Source: Deferribacterales bacterium
GTDB taxonomy: Bacteria > Chrysiogenota > Deferribacteres > Deferribacterales > Geovibrionaceae
Assembly (NCBI GenBank): GCA_050251945.1
Contig: JBFWLW010000002.1
Location: 288,001 to 352,000 of the forward strand
Direction of reading: 5' to 3'
DNA: 64,000 bases
Shown here: one piece after another, positions 40,747 through 51,129 of the stretch
Layout of the letters: the number at the start of each line of letters is the position of its first letter
Numbering within the stretch: the stretch's first letter is position 1
Notes under the pieces: model-generated
The model's database searches: none
What the model was told of the DNA's origin: nothing
What the model saw: only the letters and a program-made list of their open reading frames with translations
Translations under genes and position numbers: made by a program

Positions 40747-40760
40747 ACTAAAATTTTAGT
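40747..40760. promoter_or_regulatory. Candidate LacI-type operator ACTAAAATTTTAGT
   Basis: Perfect 14-bp palindrome upstream of TTGATA-N16-TATTCT; imperfect second copy ACTAAAATTTCAGC at 40633-40646. Confidence 0.6.
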
Positions 40761-40827
40761 AAAATTTGCTAATATTTTTACTTGATATCTCACAGCGCTC
40801 TGGTATTCTTAATGTTATAGAGAACAT

Positions 40828-40908
40828 GAGACTGCCGCGCTGACTGCGTCAGCTCGCAGAGACCACAGCCCGTCTTTGCGAGGAAGCAGGATGCTGACGA
40901 AGCAATCT
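40828..40908. repeat. REPIN-like element, copy 4 (in the predicted rbsD leader)
   Basis: GAGACTGCCGCG..CTCGCAGAGAC / GTCTTTGCGAGG..GACGAAGCAATCT. Confidence 0.8.
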
Positions 40909-40942
40909 AGTCTCTGTTTTACGGTTTTACAAAGAGGACTGT

Positions 40943-41338
40943 ATGAAAAAGGGACAACTGCTCAACAGCCGCATCTCGGCGGTCATATCCGAGATGGGAC
41001 ATACCGACACTATAGTTATAGCCGATGCCGGACTTCCTGTACCCGACAGCGCCGAACGGATAGATCTTGCGCTGTGCACAGGGATGCCTGATTTCATAAC
41101 TGTTCTGAAGACCGTCCTCTCGGAACTGCAGGTGGAGGAATTCACCATAGCTTCCGAGATGTCCGAAAAAAATCCTGTCACAAAGGATGCCGTCGTCTTT
41201 CTTCTGAAAGATGCAAAAATGAACATAGTCTCACACGAAGAGTTCAAAAAACTCACCGGAAACGCAAAAGCGGTTATCCGCACAGGAGAATGCACCCCAT
41301 ATGCAAATGTGATACTCCACTCTGGCGTGGTGTTCTGA
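40943..41338 (+). CDS. rbsD: D-ribose pyranase
   Basis: MGHTD.IVIADAGLP, RIDLAL, HEEFK, RTGECTPYAN. Confidence 0.95.
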   Translation: MKKGQLLNSRISAVISEMGHTDTIVIADAGLPVPDSAERIDLALCTGMPDFITVLKTVLSELQVEEFTIASEMSEKNPVTKDAVVFLLKDAKMNIVSHEEFKKLTGNAKAVIRTGECTPYANVILHSGVVF

Positions 41339-42843
41339 TGTCCGGTTCACCTGTTCTGCAAATGAAAAATATCTGCAAATCATTTCCCGGCGTAAAGGCG
41401 CTGAACGACGTCTCCCTGAACATCTATTCAGGCGAGGCAATGGCCCTTCTGGGCGAAAACGGAGCTGGTAAATCCACTCTTATGAAGATACTCAGCGGGG
41501 TCTACACGAAGGATTCCGGCGAAATGCTGTTCAAAGGCAAACCGCATGCGCCTAAGGATCCGAAGGACGCTATGAACAGTGGAATAGCCATCATCCATCA
41601 GGAGCTTAACCTTATCCCAGAACTCACCGTTGCGGAGAATATCTTCATCGGGCGGGAGCCTGTGAACATACTGCGCAAAGTAAAATATTCCGAAATGAAC
41701 GCCGAAGCGAAAAAATATCTCGAACAGCTCGGCGAAAAGACCTCACCCTCCGCGAAGGTCTCATCACTGAGCGTCGGTCAGGCGCAGATGGTGGAGATAG
41801 CCAAAGCGCTCTCCATGAATGCTGAAGTGATAATTATGGACGAACCGACGGACGCACTTACAGATGTTGAAACGGAGAATCTTTACAAAGTCATCCGAAG
41901 TCTGAAAACAGAAGGCAAGGCGCTGATATACATTTCACATAAGCTTTCCGAAGTGTTTGACGTGTGCGACAGGGCGACCATCCTCAGAGACGGTACTTTT
42001 GTTGATGAAAAACCTGTTTCCGAACTCGACGAAGAGAAGATAATTCAGCTTATGGTGGGGCGTCCCATCAGCGACCGATACCCGAAATGCGACTGCAAAG
42101 CCGGCGAAATTGTTTTCACGGCGGAAGGATTGACCAACAGCCGCATAACCGGCGTATCGTTCAGCATCAGAAGCGGCGAAGTGGTGGGTATAGCGGGGCT
42201 TATGGGTTCCGGAAGAAGCGAGGTCGCAAAATCGATCTTCGGCGAAATGCCGCTGAAAAAGGGCAAAATAACCCTCGCCGGAAAAGAATTGCGCATCAAT
42301 CACCCGTCAGGGGCGATTAAAAACGGCATTTCATACGTTTCTGAGGACAGAAAACAGCTGGGACTTATAGTCGGCATGACAATAAAAGAGAATATAACCC
42401 TTCCTGCGCTGAAAAAATTTCAGACCGTGCTTTCAAAGATATCGTTCGGGAAAGAGGAAGAGGTCTCTAAAGAATATATAGATATGATGTCCATCAAGAC
42501 CACCGGACCTTCACAGCGGGTAGTGGATCTCAGCGGCGGAAATCAGCAGAAGGTCGCCATTGCAAAGGGGCTTGTCACGGCGCCCAAGGTGCTGATACTT
42601 GACGAACCAACCCGCGGCGTGGACGTAGGCGCGAAAAAAGAAATTTACGAGCAGATAAATATCCTGAAATCAAAAGGCATGTCAATCATCCTGATATCTT
42701 CCGAAATGCCGGAGGTGATAGGCATGAGCGACAGGATACTTGTGATGAGCGCAGGACGCATCGCAGGCGAGGTATCCGGCGCGGACGCCACTCAGGAGAA
42801 CATCATGAAGCTCGCCATAAGCAATATAAAAAACGCCGTATAG
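41338..42843 (+). CDS. rbsA: Ribose ABC transporter ATPase
   Basis: GENGAGKST, two ABC domains, LSGGNQQK, DEPTRGVDVGAK; ATG overlaps the rbsD stop. Confidence 0.93.
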   Translation: MSGSPVLQMKNICKSFPGVKALNDVSLNIYSGEAMALLGENGAGKSTLMKILSGVYTKDSGEMLFKGKPHAPKDPKDAMNSGIAIIHQELNLIPELTVAENIFIGREPVNILRKVKYSEMNAEAKKYLEQLGEKTSPSAKVSSLSVGQAQMVEIAKALSMNAEVIIMDEPTDALTDVETENLYKVIRSLKTEGKALIYISHKLSEVFDVCDRATILRDGTFVDEKPVSELDEEKIIQLMVGRPISDRYPKCDCKAGEIVFTAEGLTNSRITGVSFSIRSGEVVGIAGLMGSGRSEVAKSIFGEMPLKKGKITLAGKELRINHPSGAIKNGISYVSEDRKQLGLIVGMTIKENITLPALKKFQTVLSKISFGKEEEVSKEYIDMMSIKTTGPSQRVVDLSGGNQQKVAIAKGLVTAPKVLILDEPTRGVDVGAKKEIYEQINILKSKGMSIILISSEMPEVIGMSDRILVMSAGRIAGEVSGADATQENIMKLAISNIKNAV

Positions 42844-42856
42844 TTTCGGAGAAGTT

Positions 42857-43795
42857 ATGAAAATAGACACCAAAGACGTGCTGAAAAGATTCAGACCGCT
42901 TCTGGGACTTATCATCCTCTCGGTGATAGTGTCGCTCATCAGCCCTGAGTTTCTCACCGTCGGCAACATACTGAACGTCATGCGCCAGACATCCATAAAC
43001 GCAGTCATAGCGGCGGGCATGACATTTGTTATTCTGACAGGCGGAATAGACCTTTCTGTCGGTTCGATTCTGGCTCTGTGCGGAGCCATAGCCGCAACAT
43101 TAATTTCAACAGGATTCGGTGTGGCGACAACAGTCTTTGCGACACTGGCACTGGGAATACTTCTCGGTGTACTTGCCGGAATCGCAATTACAAAGGGCAG
43201 AATCCAGCCATTCATAGCCACTCTGGTGGCAATGACGCTTCTGCGCGGCGCAACACTCGTGCATACGGACGGCAAACCCGTCTCGACGGGATACGACTCG
43301 GCGGCAGATGCTTTCGCATGGTTCGGCACAGGCTATGTTTTCGGCATTCCCGTCCCTGTGATACTCATGATACTCGTCTTCGTCATTTCCCATTACATAC
43401 TTAAACACACCCGCTTCGGGCGCTATGTGTACGCCATCGGCGGCAATGAGGAAGCGTCAAGGCTTTCGGGCGTTCGGGTGGACAGAATAAAGATAGCCGT
43501 CTACGGGATATGCGGTCTCGTTTCAGCACTTGCAGGCATAATACTCACATCAAGGCTTTCATCGGCACAACCCACTGCCGGCGCAGGATACGAGCTTGAT
43601 GCTATAGCCGCTGTGGTTCTCGGCGGAACAAGCCTCGCAGGAGGTGTCGGAACCATCTTCGGAACCTTCACGGGCGCTCTTATCATAGGAATCCTGAACA
43701 ATGCGCTGAACCTTCTTAACGTTTCATCCTATTATCAGATGATAGCAAAAGGTGCGGTGATACTTATCGCCGTTCTTATGGATAGAAAGAAGTAA
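42857..43795 (+). CDS. rbsC: Ribose ABC transporter permease
   Basis: GIDLSVG, PFIATL, GRYVYAIGGNEEA, YELDAIAAVVLGG. Confidence 0.93.
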   Translation: MKIDTKDVLKRFRPLLGLIILSVIVSLISPEFLTVGNILNVMRQTSINAVIAAGMTFVILTGGIDLSVGSILALCGAIAATLISTGFGVATTVFATLALGILLGVLAGIAITKGRIQPFIATLVAMTLLRGATLVHTDGKPVSTGYDSAADAFAWFGTGYVFGIPVPVILMILVFVISHYILKHTRFGRYVYAIGGNEEASRLSGVRVDRIKIAVYGICGLVSALAGIILTSRLSSAQPTAGAGYELDAIAAVVLGGTSLAGGVGTIFGTFTGALIIGILNNALNLLNVSSYYQMIAKGAVILIAVLMDRKK

Positions 43796-43797
43796 GA

Positions 43798-43868
43798 AGA
43801 TCGCTTCGTCGCTTACGCTCCTCGCGAAGACGTCTCTGCGAGGCAGTGCAGGCTGACGCGGCAGTCTC
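43798..43868. repeat. REPIN-like element, copy 5
   Basis: AGATCGCTTCGTC..CCTCGCGAAGAC / GTCTCTGCGAGG..GACGCGGCAGTCTC. Confidence 0.8.
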
Positions 43869-43884
43869 ATTTAAGGAGTGAAGT

Positions 43885-44760
43885 ATGAAAAAATTATTCG
43901 CTATTCTCGCGGCCCTCATGGTTATCCCCGCCATGACGGCATTTGCGGCACAGAAGACGGTGGGTCTCGTGGTTTCCACGCTGAACAACCCCTTCTTCGT
44001 CACACTTAAGGACGGAGCCGTCGGCGAAGCAAAAAAAGCGGGCATCAACCTGATAGTTCTCGATTCCCAGAATGACCCTGCAAAAGAGATAGCAAACGTC
44101 GAAGATCTTTTGTCTAAAGGCGTTGCGGCTATTCTCATCAACCCGACAGATTCAGACGCAGTGGGCAACGCCATCAAAATGGCAAACAGAGCCAAGATTC
44201 CCGTCATCACCCTTGACAGAGGCGCAAACGCAGGAACAGTTGTTTCACACATCGCCTCCGACAACGTTGCAGGCGGCAAGATGGCTGGTCAGTACATAGC
44301 TGAAAAACTCGGCAAGAAAGGAAACGTGGTCGAGCTTGAGGGTATTCCCGGAACATCCGCAGCCAGAGACCGCGGCAAAGGCTTTAACGAAGCGCTTAAA
44401 GGCACTTCCATCAAAGTTGTTGCACGTCAGGCGGCAGATTTTGACAGAACAAAAGGTCTGAATGTAATGGAAAACATTCTTCAGTCACAACCGAAAATAG
44501 ATGCGGTTTTCGCACATAACGACGAAATGGCGCTGGGCGCAATGCGCGCTATCTCAGCGGCTAAAAAGAACATAATGGTAGTCGGTTTCGATGCGACAGA
44601 CGACGCTGTTAAAGCTGTTAAAGACGGCAAAATGGCAGCAACGGTTGCACAGCAGCCTGCATTCATCGGCGCGAAAGGCGTTGAAACTGCCAAGGCAGTT
44701 CTTGAAGGCAAAAAGGTTCAGGCATACGTCCCTGTGGGTCTGAAATTAATCGTAAAATAG
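43885..44760 (+). CDS. rbsB: Ribose ABC transporter periplasmic binding protein
   Basis: [50 protein letters not shown]. Confidence 0.95.
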   Translation: MKKLFAILAALMVIPAMTAFAAQKTVGLVVSTLNNPFFVTLKDGAVGEAKKAGINLIVLDSQNDPAKEIANVEDLLSKGVAAILINPTDSDAVGNAIKMANRAKIPVITLDRGANAGTVVSHIASDNVAGGKMAGQYIAEKLGKKGNVVELEGIPGTSAARDRGKGFNEALKGTSIKVVARQAADFDRTKGLNVMENILQSQPKIDAVFAHNDEMALGAMRAISAAKKNIMVVGFDATDDAVKAVKDGKMAATVAQQPAFIGAKGVETAKAVLEGKKVQAYVPVGLKLIVK

Positions 44761-44786
44761 TTAGGTATTGCAAACACCAAACTGGA

Positions 44787-44813
44787 AAAGGCGGTCGATT
44801 GACCGCCTTTTTT
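44787..44813. terminator. Bidirectional intrinsic terminator
   Basis: AAAAGGCGGTC-GATT-GACCGCCTTTTTT between convergent genes. Confidence 0.85.
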
Positions 44814-44849
44814 CGTGAAAAGACAACAGGGAGGAATGATAAGGCTAAA

Positions 44850-45497
44850 CTACTTAATTTTTCTATTCCATTTCATATTTGTTTTATGACATTTATCGCA
44901 GAAATCGTTAAAATCTTCGTGAACATTATGGCATTTAACGCAGCTCATGTTTCCGAAATGAGATTTATGCGGATTTCTTTTCCTGTCAGCAGTTTTCTTT
45001 GCCAGCTCTTCATATTCGCCATGACAGCCTTTGCACTTCTTTGCCATTTCATCCACGTCGTCAGGTCCGAAAGTGTCGTGACAGTCAAGGCAGTAAACTC
45101 CGGATTTTTTATGTGAGTTCGCCAGATAAGACGAATCGTTCCATGTAGCAAATTTATCGGCAAGGTCTTTCATTTCTTCTTTTGAAAAGATTATCCCTTT
45201 CTTATGGGATAAGGATACATTACCTTCCTTATCTGCCTCGTGGCAGGAAAGGCAGGTGTCAACGGATACTCCAAAAGAACCCGTGTGTGCTACATGCACT
45301 TTCTGCCCCAAACTGCCCGCCTTCGATTCTGAGTCATGGCAGGCAAAGCATCCGGAAAATGTATCGTTTTTTGCATGATCTTTTTTCAACACTTCTGCGG
45401 GGTTTTTGTGGCAGTCTTTGCATTTGAATTCAATATCATCTGCGTATACAGCCACCGCAGAAAGGATGAAAATAAAAATGTATATAAATAATTTCAT
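44850..45497 (-). CDS. Periplasmic multiheme cytochrome c (7 CxxCH)
   Basis: Signal peptide; CKDCH, CFACH, CLSCH, CLDCH, CKGCH, CVKCH, CDKCH; RNPHKSH as in flavocytochrome tetraheme domains. Confidence 0.9.
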   Translation of the reverse strand: MKLFIYIFIFILSAVAVYADDIEFKCKDCHKNPAEVLKKDHAKNDTFSGCFACHDSESKAGSLGQKVHVAHTGSFGVSVDTCLSCHEADKEGNVSLSHKKGIIFSKEEMKDLADKFATWNDSSYLANSHKKSGVYCLDCHDTFGPDDVDEMAKKCKGCHGEYEELAKKTADRKRNPHKSHFGNMSCVKCHNVHEDFNDFCDKCHKTNMKWNRKIK

Positions 45498-45552
45498 AGA
45501 TTACTCCCGAAATAAAACAGGCGGTCGTAAAATACGACCGCCGCAGATTGTC

Positions 45553-46440
45553 TTAGAAAGCGTATACGAATTTAAACCAGAATCTATCTGTTTCCGGCTT
45601 GTTCTCAACATTGAACTCGTGATGGTATTTCAGATGAAACGCCATGTTTTTGTAATCATATTTCAGTTCAGGACCAAGTGCCACTGCCTGACCTTTGTTA
45701 CCGTCCAGATATTTTTCTCCATCCAGTTCATCATCGGTTATCTGTTTGTAATAATAACCGTTAATACCTACGGTATAAGGTCCGGTATGATATCCGGCAA
45801 AAGCGTCAAAGTGAAATTCCTGTCCGGATTTATAGTCTGTATCCTTGTTTTCAGTGTTTATGTCATACATAAACTTACTTGATACCTCAAATCCGCCGTC
45901 GCCAAGATATGTGACAGCAAACACAGGCTCAATTGTAAAGTAATTTCTGCCTATATTCACCATGTCGTCCTCATCATAATCCCCGACAGGAACAAAAAGC
46001 TCAGGGCCAAAGGCAAAATGCCAGTTTTTAAAATGCCATGAATCGAACAAACCTATTTCAACATCGCCCATACCGGTTTTGTCCTGTTCACTCGCAGCAG
46101 TCTTAACATTCATATGTACGAAAGGAACAATCACCTGTCCACCCAGATTACCGCCAAGAAACTGTTTCTTCGTTACATAAACGAATCTGAGTGTTTCGGC
46201 AAATCCCTTAAGTTTAAAACCGGGAACTACACTGTCTCCGTCTGAGTTGTTGAATCTGTCGGATGACATGTATTCAACGTAGTTAATAAAATACAACCCG
46301 GGGGGCGGCAGAGTGCCACCCATCGTTCCCTCCGGTCCGTTTGCAGATGCCTGACCTCCGCCCTCTGTAGCAAAAGAATATCCGGCACACAGAAAGAGAA
46401 ACAGTATTATCAGTATGCGTTTAATATTATTATTTTCCAT
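45553..46440 (-). CDS. SphA/MetA-phenol-degradation-type outer-membrane channel
   Basis: ATEGG, LPPPGLY, G.GD, P.GDYD, NIGRNY, YKSG.EFH.D, GYYYKQITDD, C-terminal F. Confidence 0.85.
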   Translation of the reverse strand: MENNNIKRILIILFLFLCAGYSFATEGGGQASANGPEGTMGGTLPPPGLYFINYVEYMSSDRFNNSDGDSVVPGFKLKGFAETLRFVYVTKKQFLGGNLGGQVIVPFVHMNVKTAASEQDKTGMGDVEIGLFDSWHFKNWHFAFGPELFVPVGDYDEDDMVNIGRNYFTIEPVFAVTYLGDGGFEVSSKFMYDINTENKDTDYKSGQEFHFDAFAGYHTGPYTVGINGYYYKQITDDELDGEKYLDGNKGQAVALGPELKYDYKNMAFHLKYHHEFNVENKPETDRFWFKFVYAF

Positions 46441-46448
46441 GACATCAC

Positions 46449-47978
46449 CTATTTACTAGTTTGCAAAGCAGCATCTGCACCGGCAACACGACCTGAATAG
46501 GCAGCGAAACCGAAAGCTGAGCCGGATGCAAAAAGAGTATAAGTGTCGCCATAGAGTCCGCCGACGTCACAGCCAACCACATAAAGACCTTTTATCTCTT
46601 TGTCATTGGCATCGAGAGCACGCATTTTGCTGTCAACTTTGATACCGCCGAGAGACACATAAGCCTGAGGAACTATCTTGATCGCATAGAATTTTCCTTT
46701 TTTAACAGGCATAATCCACTTGGGATCGGTATAGAACTCTTTGTCGAGATTATATTCTTTATATGAGTTGTAATTTTTGATTGTTTCAGCAAGAATTTTG
46801 GGATCAACCTTAATTTTTGCCGCAAGTTCAGCTATACTGTTCGCCATAGCTGCGTTGGGGTTGCCTGCTTTCTCAGAATCTTCAAACTCTTTTTGCAGGT
46901 TGGTCAGTTTTGTTCCGATAGGGATGATAACTCCGATACCTGCCTCAATACCGTCTTCCTCTGCATATTTGTCAAAAGTTTCCTGATCAAATATCTCCCA
47001 CGCGAAGCTGTCCGGAGCATGCTCAACAGCGTTGCCTGTTGAAACAAAGCTGAACACTATTGATTCGTCAACAAATCTTTTGCCGTATTTGTTAACCCAG
47101 AGAGAGGGCTGCCATGTCATTGTAAACAGGTTGCCGAAAGGAATTACTCCGGGACCCGCTGTCGCCTGATGGGTCATAAGCCCCCAGCCCTCAGCCGCGC
47201 CTCCGATCTCCATTGCCATGTTGATACCGTCGCCGTTTTTCTGAAGAGGCAGGTCTGCCACAACTTTTTTGCTGTCAAATCTGGTGTACTTGTCAATCAT
47301 TTCCTTGCTGTTAGGGAAACCGCCTGTGGCGATAATTACAGAACCGGAATTGATGATCACCTTATTGCCTTTGGAATCCACACCCTCAACACCTTTAACG
47401 ACGCCATTGTTGTATATGAGTTTTTTTGCGGGTGTTTCATACATTACCTTCACACCTTTCTCTTCGCAGACATCAAGAAGGCGGTTCACAAGAGCCGCGC
47501 CGTGATGGAAGGTTTTGTAATCCTTAACAAGGTGCCATACAGGAGAATCGGCATAAGACATTTTAACCGCGTCAAAATTCACGCCGTTCTTTTCGAGCCA
47601 CTCAATGTTTTTGTCTGACTCGTCAACAAACTGCCTTAAAAGAGCGCCGTCTGTCCTCCAATGACCGTATTCCATTATCTGTTTGTAAAAAGCCGGCTTT
47701 GAAATGTCCTGACCGTCATCTCTAAGCTGTTTTGTGCCGATTGCAAAGAGCCCCTCGGCATAGTTTGTACTGCCGCCAGCTATCGGCATTTTTTCAAGAA
47801 CGATAACTTTTGCACCGTTTTCTGCTGCCGAAACAGCAGCGGAAAGTCCGGAACCGCCTGCGCCGATAACGACAACATCTGTGCTATAGACCCTGTCCTT
47901 TGCATACGAAAAAACAGGAAGAAGAGCGAACATGGTTGTAACCAACCCTAAAAGAACATTTTGAATTGTCCGTTTCAT
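46449..47978 (-). CDS. Periplasmic flavin reductase (flavocytochrome c flavin subunit family)
   Basis: Signal peptide, DVVVIGAGGSGLSAA, IIATGGF, NGDG, VNKYGKRFVDES, GGIKVD, GLYVVG. Confidence 0.88.
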   Translation of the reverse strand: MKRTIQNVLLGLVTTMFALLPVFSYAKDRVYSTDVVVIGAGGSGLSAAVSAAENGAKVIVLEKMPIAGGSTNYAEGLFAIGTKQLRDDGQDISKPAFYKQIMEYGHWRTDGALLRQFVDESDKNIEWLEKNGVNFDAVKMSYADSPVWHLVKDYKTFHHGAALVNRLLDVCEEKGVKVMYETPAKKLIYNNGVVKGVEGVDSKGNKVIINSGSVIIATGGFPNSKEMIDKYTRFDSKKVVADLPLQKNGDGINMAMEIGGAAEGWGLMTHQATAGPGVIPFGNLFTMTWQPSLWVNKYGKRFVDESIVFSFVSTGNAVEHAPDSFAWEIFDQETFDKYAEEDGIEAGIGVIIPIGTKLTNLQKEFEDSEKAGNPNAAMANSIAELAAKIKVDPKILAETIKNYNSYKEYNLDKEFYTDPKWIMPVKKGKFYAIKIVPQAYVSLGGIKVDSKMRALDANDKEIKGLYVVGCDVGGLYGDTYTLFASGSAFGFAAYSGRVAGADAALQTSK

Positions 47979-48090
47979 AGATACCTCCTATGTAAAAACA
48001 CAGGAGAAGCATATAAGAAAATAGAGATTTTATTAATCGGCACACATACCGGATGTATACGAAAAGTTTTGCCGTAATAATTAAGTAATA

Positions 48091-49551
48091 TTACCGGATT
48101 TTTGTATGAAGGGATATAACCACAGAAAAGCCGCCGCCTTCAGTATTCTGAAACTCCGCTGTCGCACCTATTATTGAAGACCTGTACTTAATTATCCTCA
48201 TTCCATATCCGGAATCAGTTTCATAACCGGTATCGAAACCGCATCCGTTGTCGGAAATTGTCATTATCATCATACCTTTTTTTCTCTCGAATATAATTAA
48301 GACCGATTTGCAACCGCTGTGTTTAACAGCATTGTTAACAGCCTCCTGCGCAATAAGATAAAGATGTGTGGCAACGTTGCCTTTTGGAAGATGCAGATTT
48401 CGCCCATGGCTGAAGGTACAGTTAATGGAGTAAACAGAGCTTACCCTTGCCGCCATGCACGACAATGCGTCTCCCAGATCGCTTATATCGCCGATCACAG
48501 GACAAAGCCCGTCAAGAATATTACGCATAAGTTTTTGCGTGTCAGCAGTGTATCTGACTATTTTCTCCACAATCCCGTATTCATGAACCCTGCCGCTATC
48601 CATTATCTCCAGCAGGCTGGAAGACATCATTGATATCGCCGTCAGCATCTGCCCCAAACCGTCGTGAAGGTCATGCCCGATACTGCGTCTTTCGCTGTTT
48701 GCCATCTCAAGTACCTGTTTTTCAAGAAGTTTTCTCTCCGTAATGTCGCTCAGAACCATTACAAGAGAAGTAACTTCCTTTTTATCGTTAAACACTGGAT
48801 TAACATGAATTATTAATACCTTATCCCCCATAACAACTTCTGCGGTCTGGTTGCGTTTAGTTGTTACGGATTTCGGCAGACTGCACACGGAGCAGACAAC
48901 AGGGGAACCCTGACAAAAATCGGAACATCGCCTTCCTTTCATACGGCTTTGAGGTATTTCCATAACTTCGGATATTACCCTGTTTGCCCAGATAACTTTC
49001 ATAGATGTATCAAAATATATAACTCCGTCGGACATGACGTCCAGAATAACGCGCTTTTCATTCTCAGACTGTATCAAAGCTTTGTTCGCATGCACCGTAT
49101 CTGAAATATCAAGTACAAAACCTACACCGCCGGAAAAATTGCCGTTGTCATCATAGACAGCCCTTGCGCTGTGCAATACATCTATGATCTCCCCGGATTT
49201 TTTCAGAAGCCTCCACCTGCGCTTGCTCGTATAGCCGAATTGCTTGAACTTTTCAAAACACTTCAGGTGCCCTTCGATCTCATCGTTATCTGCAAGAAAA
49301 TCTATAAAATTTCTGCCTGTAAATTCCTCCGCCTTATATCCCATTACCATCTCAAAGCCTTTGCTTAGTTTGGTTATATACGCATCTTTGTCTATTGTGA
49401 GCTCAAACACAGGCACATCATCCAGAGCGAGCATCTTCCTCTGCTCTTTTCCGTGCAGTTCGTTGTAGGCATTTTTTATCAGGAGAAGCTCTTCCTGAAG
49501 CTTATTTATTGTGTCCGCTTTATTCATATAACTTTGTCTGCATGTATCCAT
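48091..49551 (-). CDS. Cytoplasmic PAS-PAS histidine kinase (HisKA_3 type)
   Basis: ERRSIGHDLHDGLGQ, QEAVNNAVKHS, DNGCGF, GYGMR; no TM segments. Confidence 0.9.
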   Translation of the reverse strand: MDTCRQSYMNKADTINKLQEELLLIKNAYNELHGKEQRKMLALDDVPVFELTIDKDAYITKLSKGFEMVMGYKAEEFTGRNFIDFLADNDEIEGHLKCFEKFKQFGYTSKRRWRLLKKSGEIIDVLHSARAVYDDNGNFSGGVGFVLDISDTVHANKALIQSENEKRVILDVMSDGVIYFDTSMKVIWANRVISEVMEIPQSRMKGRRCSDFCQGSPVVCSVCSLPKSVTTKRNQTAEVVMGDKVLIIHVNPVFNDKKEVTSLVMVLSDITERKLLEKQVLEMANSERRSIGHDLHDGLGQMLTAISMMSSSLLEIMDSGRVHEYGIVEKIVRYTADTQKLMRNILDGLCPVIGDISDLGDALSCMAARVSSVYSINCTFSHGRNLHLPKGNVATHLYLIAQEAVNNAVKHSGCKSVLIIFERKKGMMIMTISDNGCGFDTGYETDSGYGMRIIKYRSSIIGATAEFQNTEGGGFSVVISLHTKIR

Positions 49552-50189
49552 TTAATTGCGAATTTTGTCAGCTCCGCTGCGCTGTCCAGCCCTATTTTGT
49601 GCTTTATGTTCTCCCTCACGGAATCAATGGTTTTGATGCTCAGGTTCAGCTTTGCAGCCATATCTTTTGACGTAACGCCCTCTCCTATATATTGAAAAAC
49701 CTGAAACTCCCTGTCGGAGAGGCACTCCACAGCGTCGGAATCAGTTTTTTCCTTCGGATTCATAGCTCGCAGAACAACATGCTGGGTCATCTTCGGACTG
49801 AGGTATATTCTGCCTTTCAGGATAAGCCGCATAGCTTCAATGATAACCGAAGGGCTTTCGCTCTTCATAATATATCCGGATGCTCCGGCTTTTAAACACC
49901 GCTCCGCAAAAACAAGTTCGTCATGCATGGTCAGAACAAGAATCCGCACATCATCATATCGAGCCTTAAGGCATTTAATAAAATCCAGACCATTTGAGTT
50001 TTCCAGCGTCAGATCAACAATAATAATATCTGGCTTCAGACTGAACAGCTTGCTCATGGCGGACGGACCGTCGGAAGCCGTACCGCATACTTCCATATCC
50101 GGCTCTTTATTAATTAATATAGTAAGACCTTCAAGCAAAACGGCGTGATCATCAAGAAGAAAAATAGATACTTTACCGCTCTCGGACAT
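49524..50189 (-). CDS. NarL/LuxR-family response regulator
   Basis: LDDH, VDL, LTMH, GYIMK, LSDREFQV..G..KDMA..LNLSIKT. Confidence 0.92.
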   Translation of the reverse strand: MSESGKVSIFLLDDHAVLLEGLTILINKEPDMEVCGTASDGPSAMSKLFSLKPDIIIVDLTLENSNGLDFIKCLKARYDDVRILVLTMHDELVFAERCLKAGASGYIMKSESPSVIIEAMRLILKGRIYLSPKMTQHVVLRAMNPKEKTDSDAVECLSDREFQVFQYIGEGVTSKDMAAKLNLSIKTIDSVRENIKHKIGLDSAAELTKFAIKWIHADKVI

Positions 50190-50364
50190 AGTGTTCCCCC
50201 TTATGCCAGAGTTTACCAGCAATGGAGTGTTGTTTTCAATAATCTATGGGGTTGCAAATATCCGTTTTCATAAGTGCAATAACTCTTAAATACAACCTGT
50301 TTAAAGAAAAAATTTATGTGACGGCAGTATTATAGATAAAAAAACAGTAACATTACCTAAAGAG

Positions 50365-51129
50365 CTACTTTCCCGATATGTCACTGATAACCTGATTTGT
50401 CTCTTCATCGGAGATGCGCACAGGGGGCATCAAAGCCAGCTTGTTTATACTTCTTGGGTTCTTTATCCACTCCTTCAGCCGCTTCTCAGTCCATTGTTTT
50501 TCATTGGCAGGCAAAACTGACGAAACAAAATATTTAGTCAGCAAACCGGAAAGATTAGCCGCCTCACTACCCGTGCCTTTTCCGCCTCCCTTTCTGGTTA
50601 TCATCCTGTGGCACCCGCCGCAATGCTTTTCAAAAGCCCCTTTTTTTGAAGGAGTGATATACGCGACGTAAGGTTCGCTCACCTTTTTAGGCTGTCCGGA
50701 TGCGGCGTTCAGCAGATAGAGTATCACAAGCCGTCTCTCTGTATCGGTGAAATGGAAATCCGGCATGTATTGGTTGACGTTCTTAATCTTGTCGTCCAGA
50801 TATTCCCCTGCATATTTCATGACGGACGAGTTCAGGTCTGCGGCGGCGCTTCCGCCCTCCGCTCCTATGTTATGACATCTGCGGCAGGCGGAATCCGTAA
50901 CAATTCTTTCACCTGCTGCGACAGCCTTTTTATCTGTATAGAAAGATGAGTATTCAGCCGTAAGAAGTCCTACATGGGCTACGTTTTCGCGGGATGAACG
51001 CATCTCGCCCCTGTGACAGGCGGCACATGTGCCAACCTCGACATAGTGGGGCTTATGGCACTTCGTGCAGGCAAAAACCTCGGCGGCAAGCATCAGAAAG
51101 ATCAGTAATAAAACGGTACGAGTTCCCAA
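50365..51129 (-). CDS. c-type cytochrome, 4 CxxCH (ExtS-like)
   Basis: CTKCH, CAACH, CRRCH, CGGCH, MP ligands; TTG start behind AGGGGG. Confidence 0.8.
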   Translation of the reverse strand: MGTRTVLLLIFLMLAAEVFACTKCHKPHYVEVGTCAACHRGEMRSSRENVAHVGLLTAEYSSFYTDKKAVAAGERIVTDSACRRCHNIGAEGGSAAADLNSSVMKYAGEYLDDKIKNVNQYMPDFHFTDTERRLVILYLLNAASGQPKKVSEPYVAYITPSKKGAFEKHCGGCHRMITRKGGGKGTGSEAANLSGLLTKYFVSSVLPANEKQWTEKRLKEWIKNPRSINKLALMPPVRISDEETNQVISDISGK

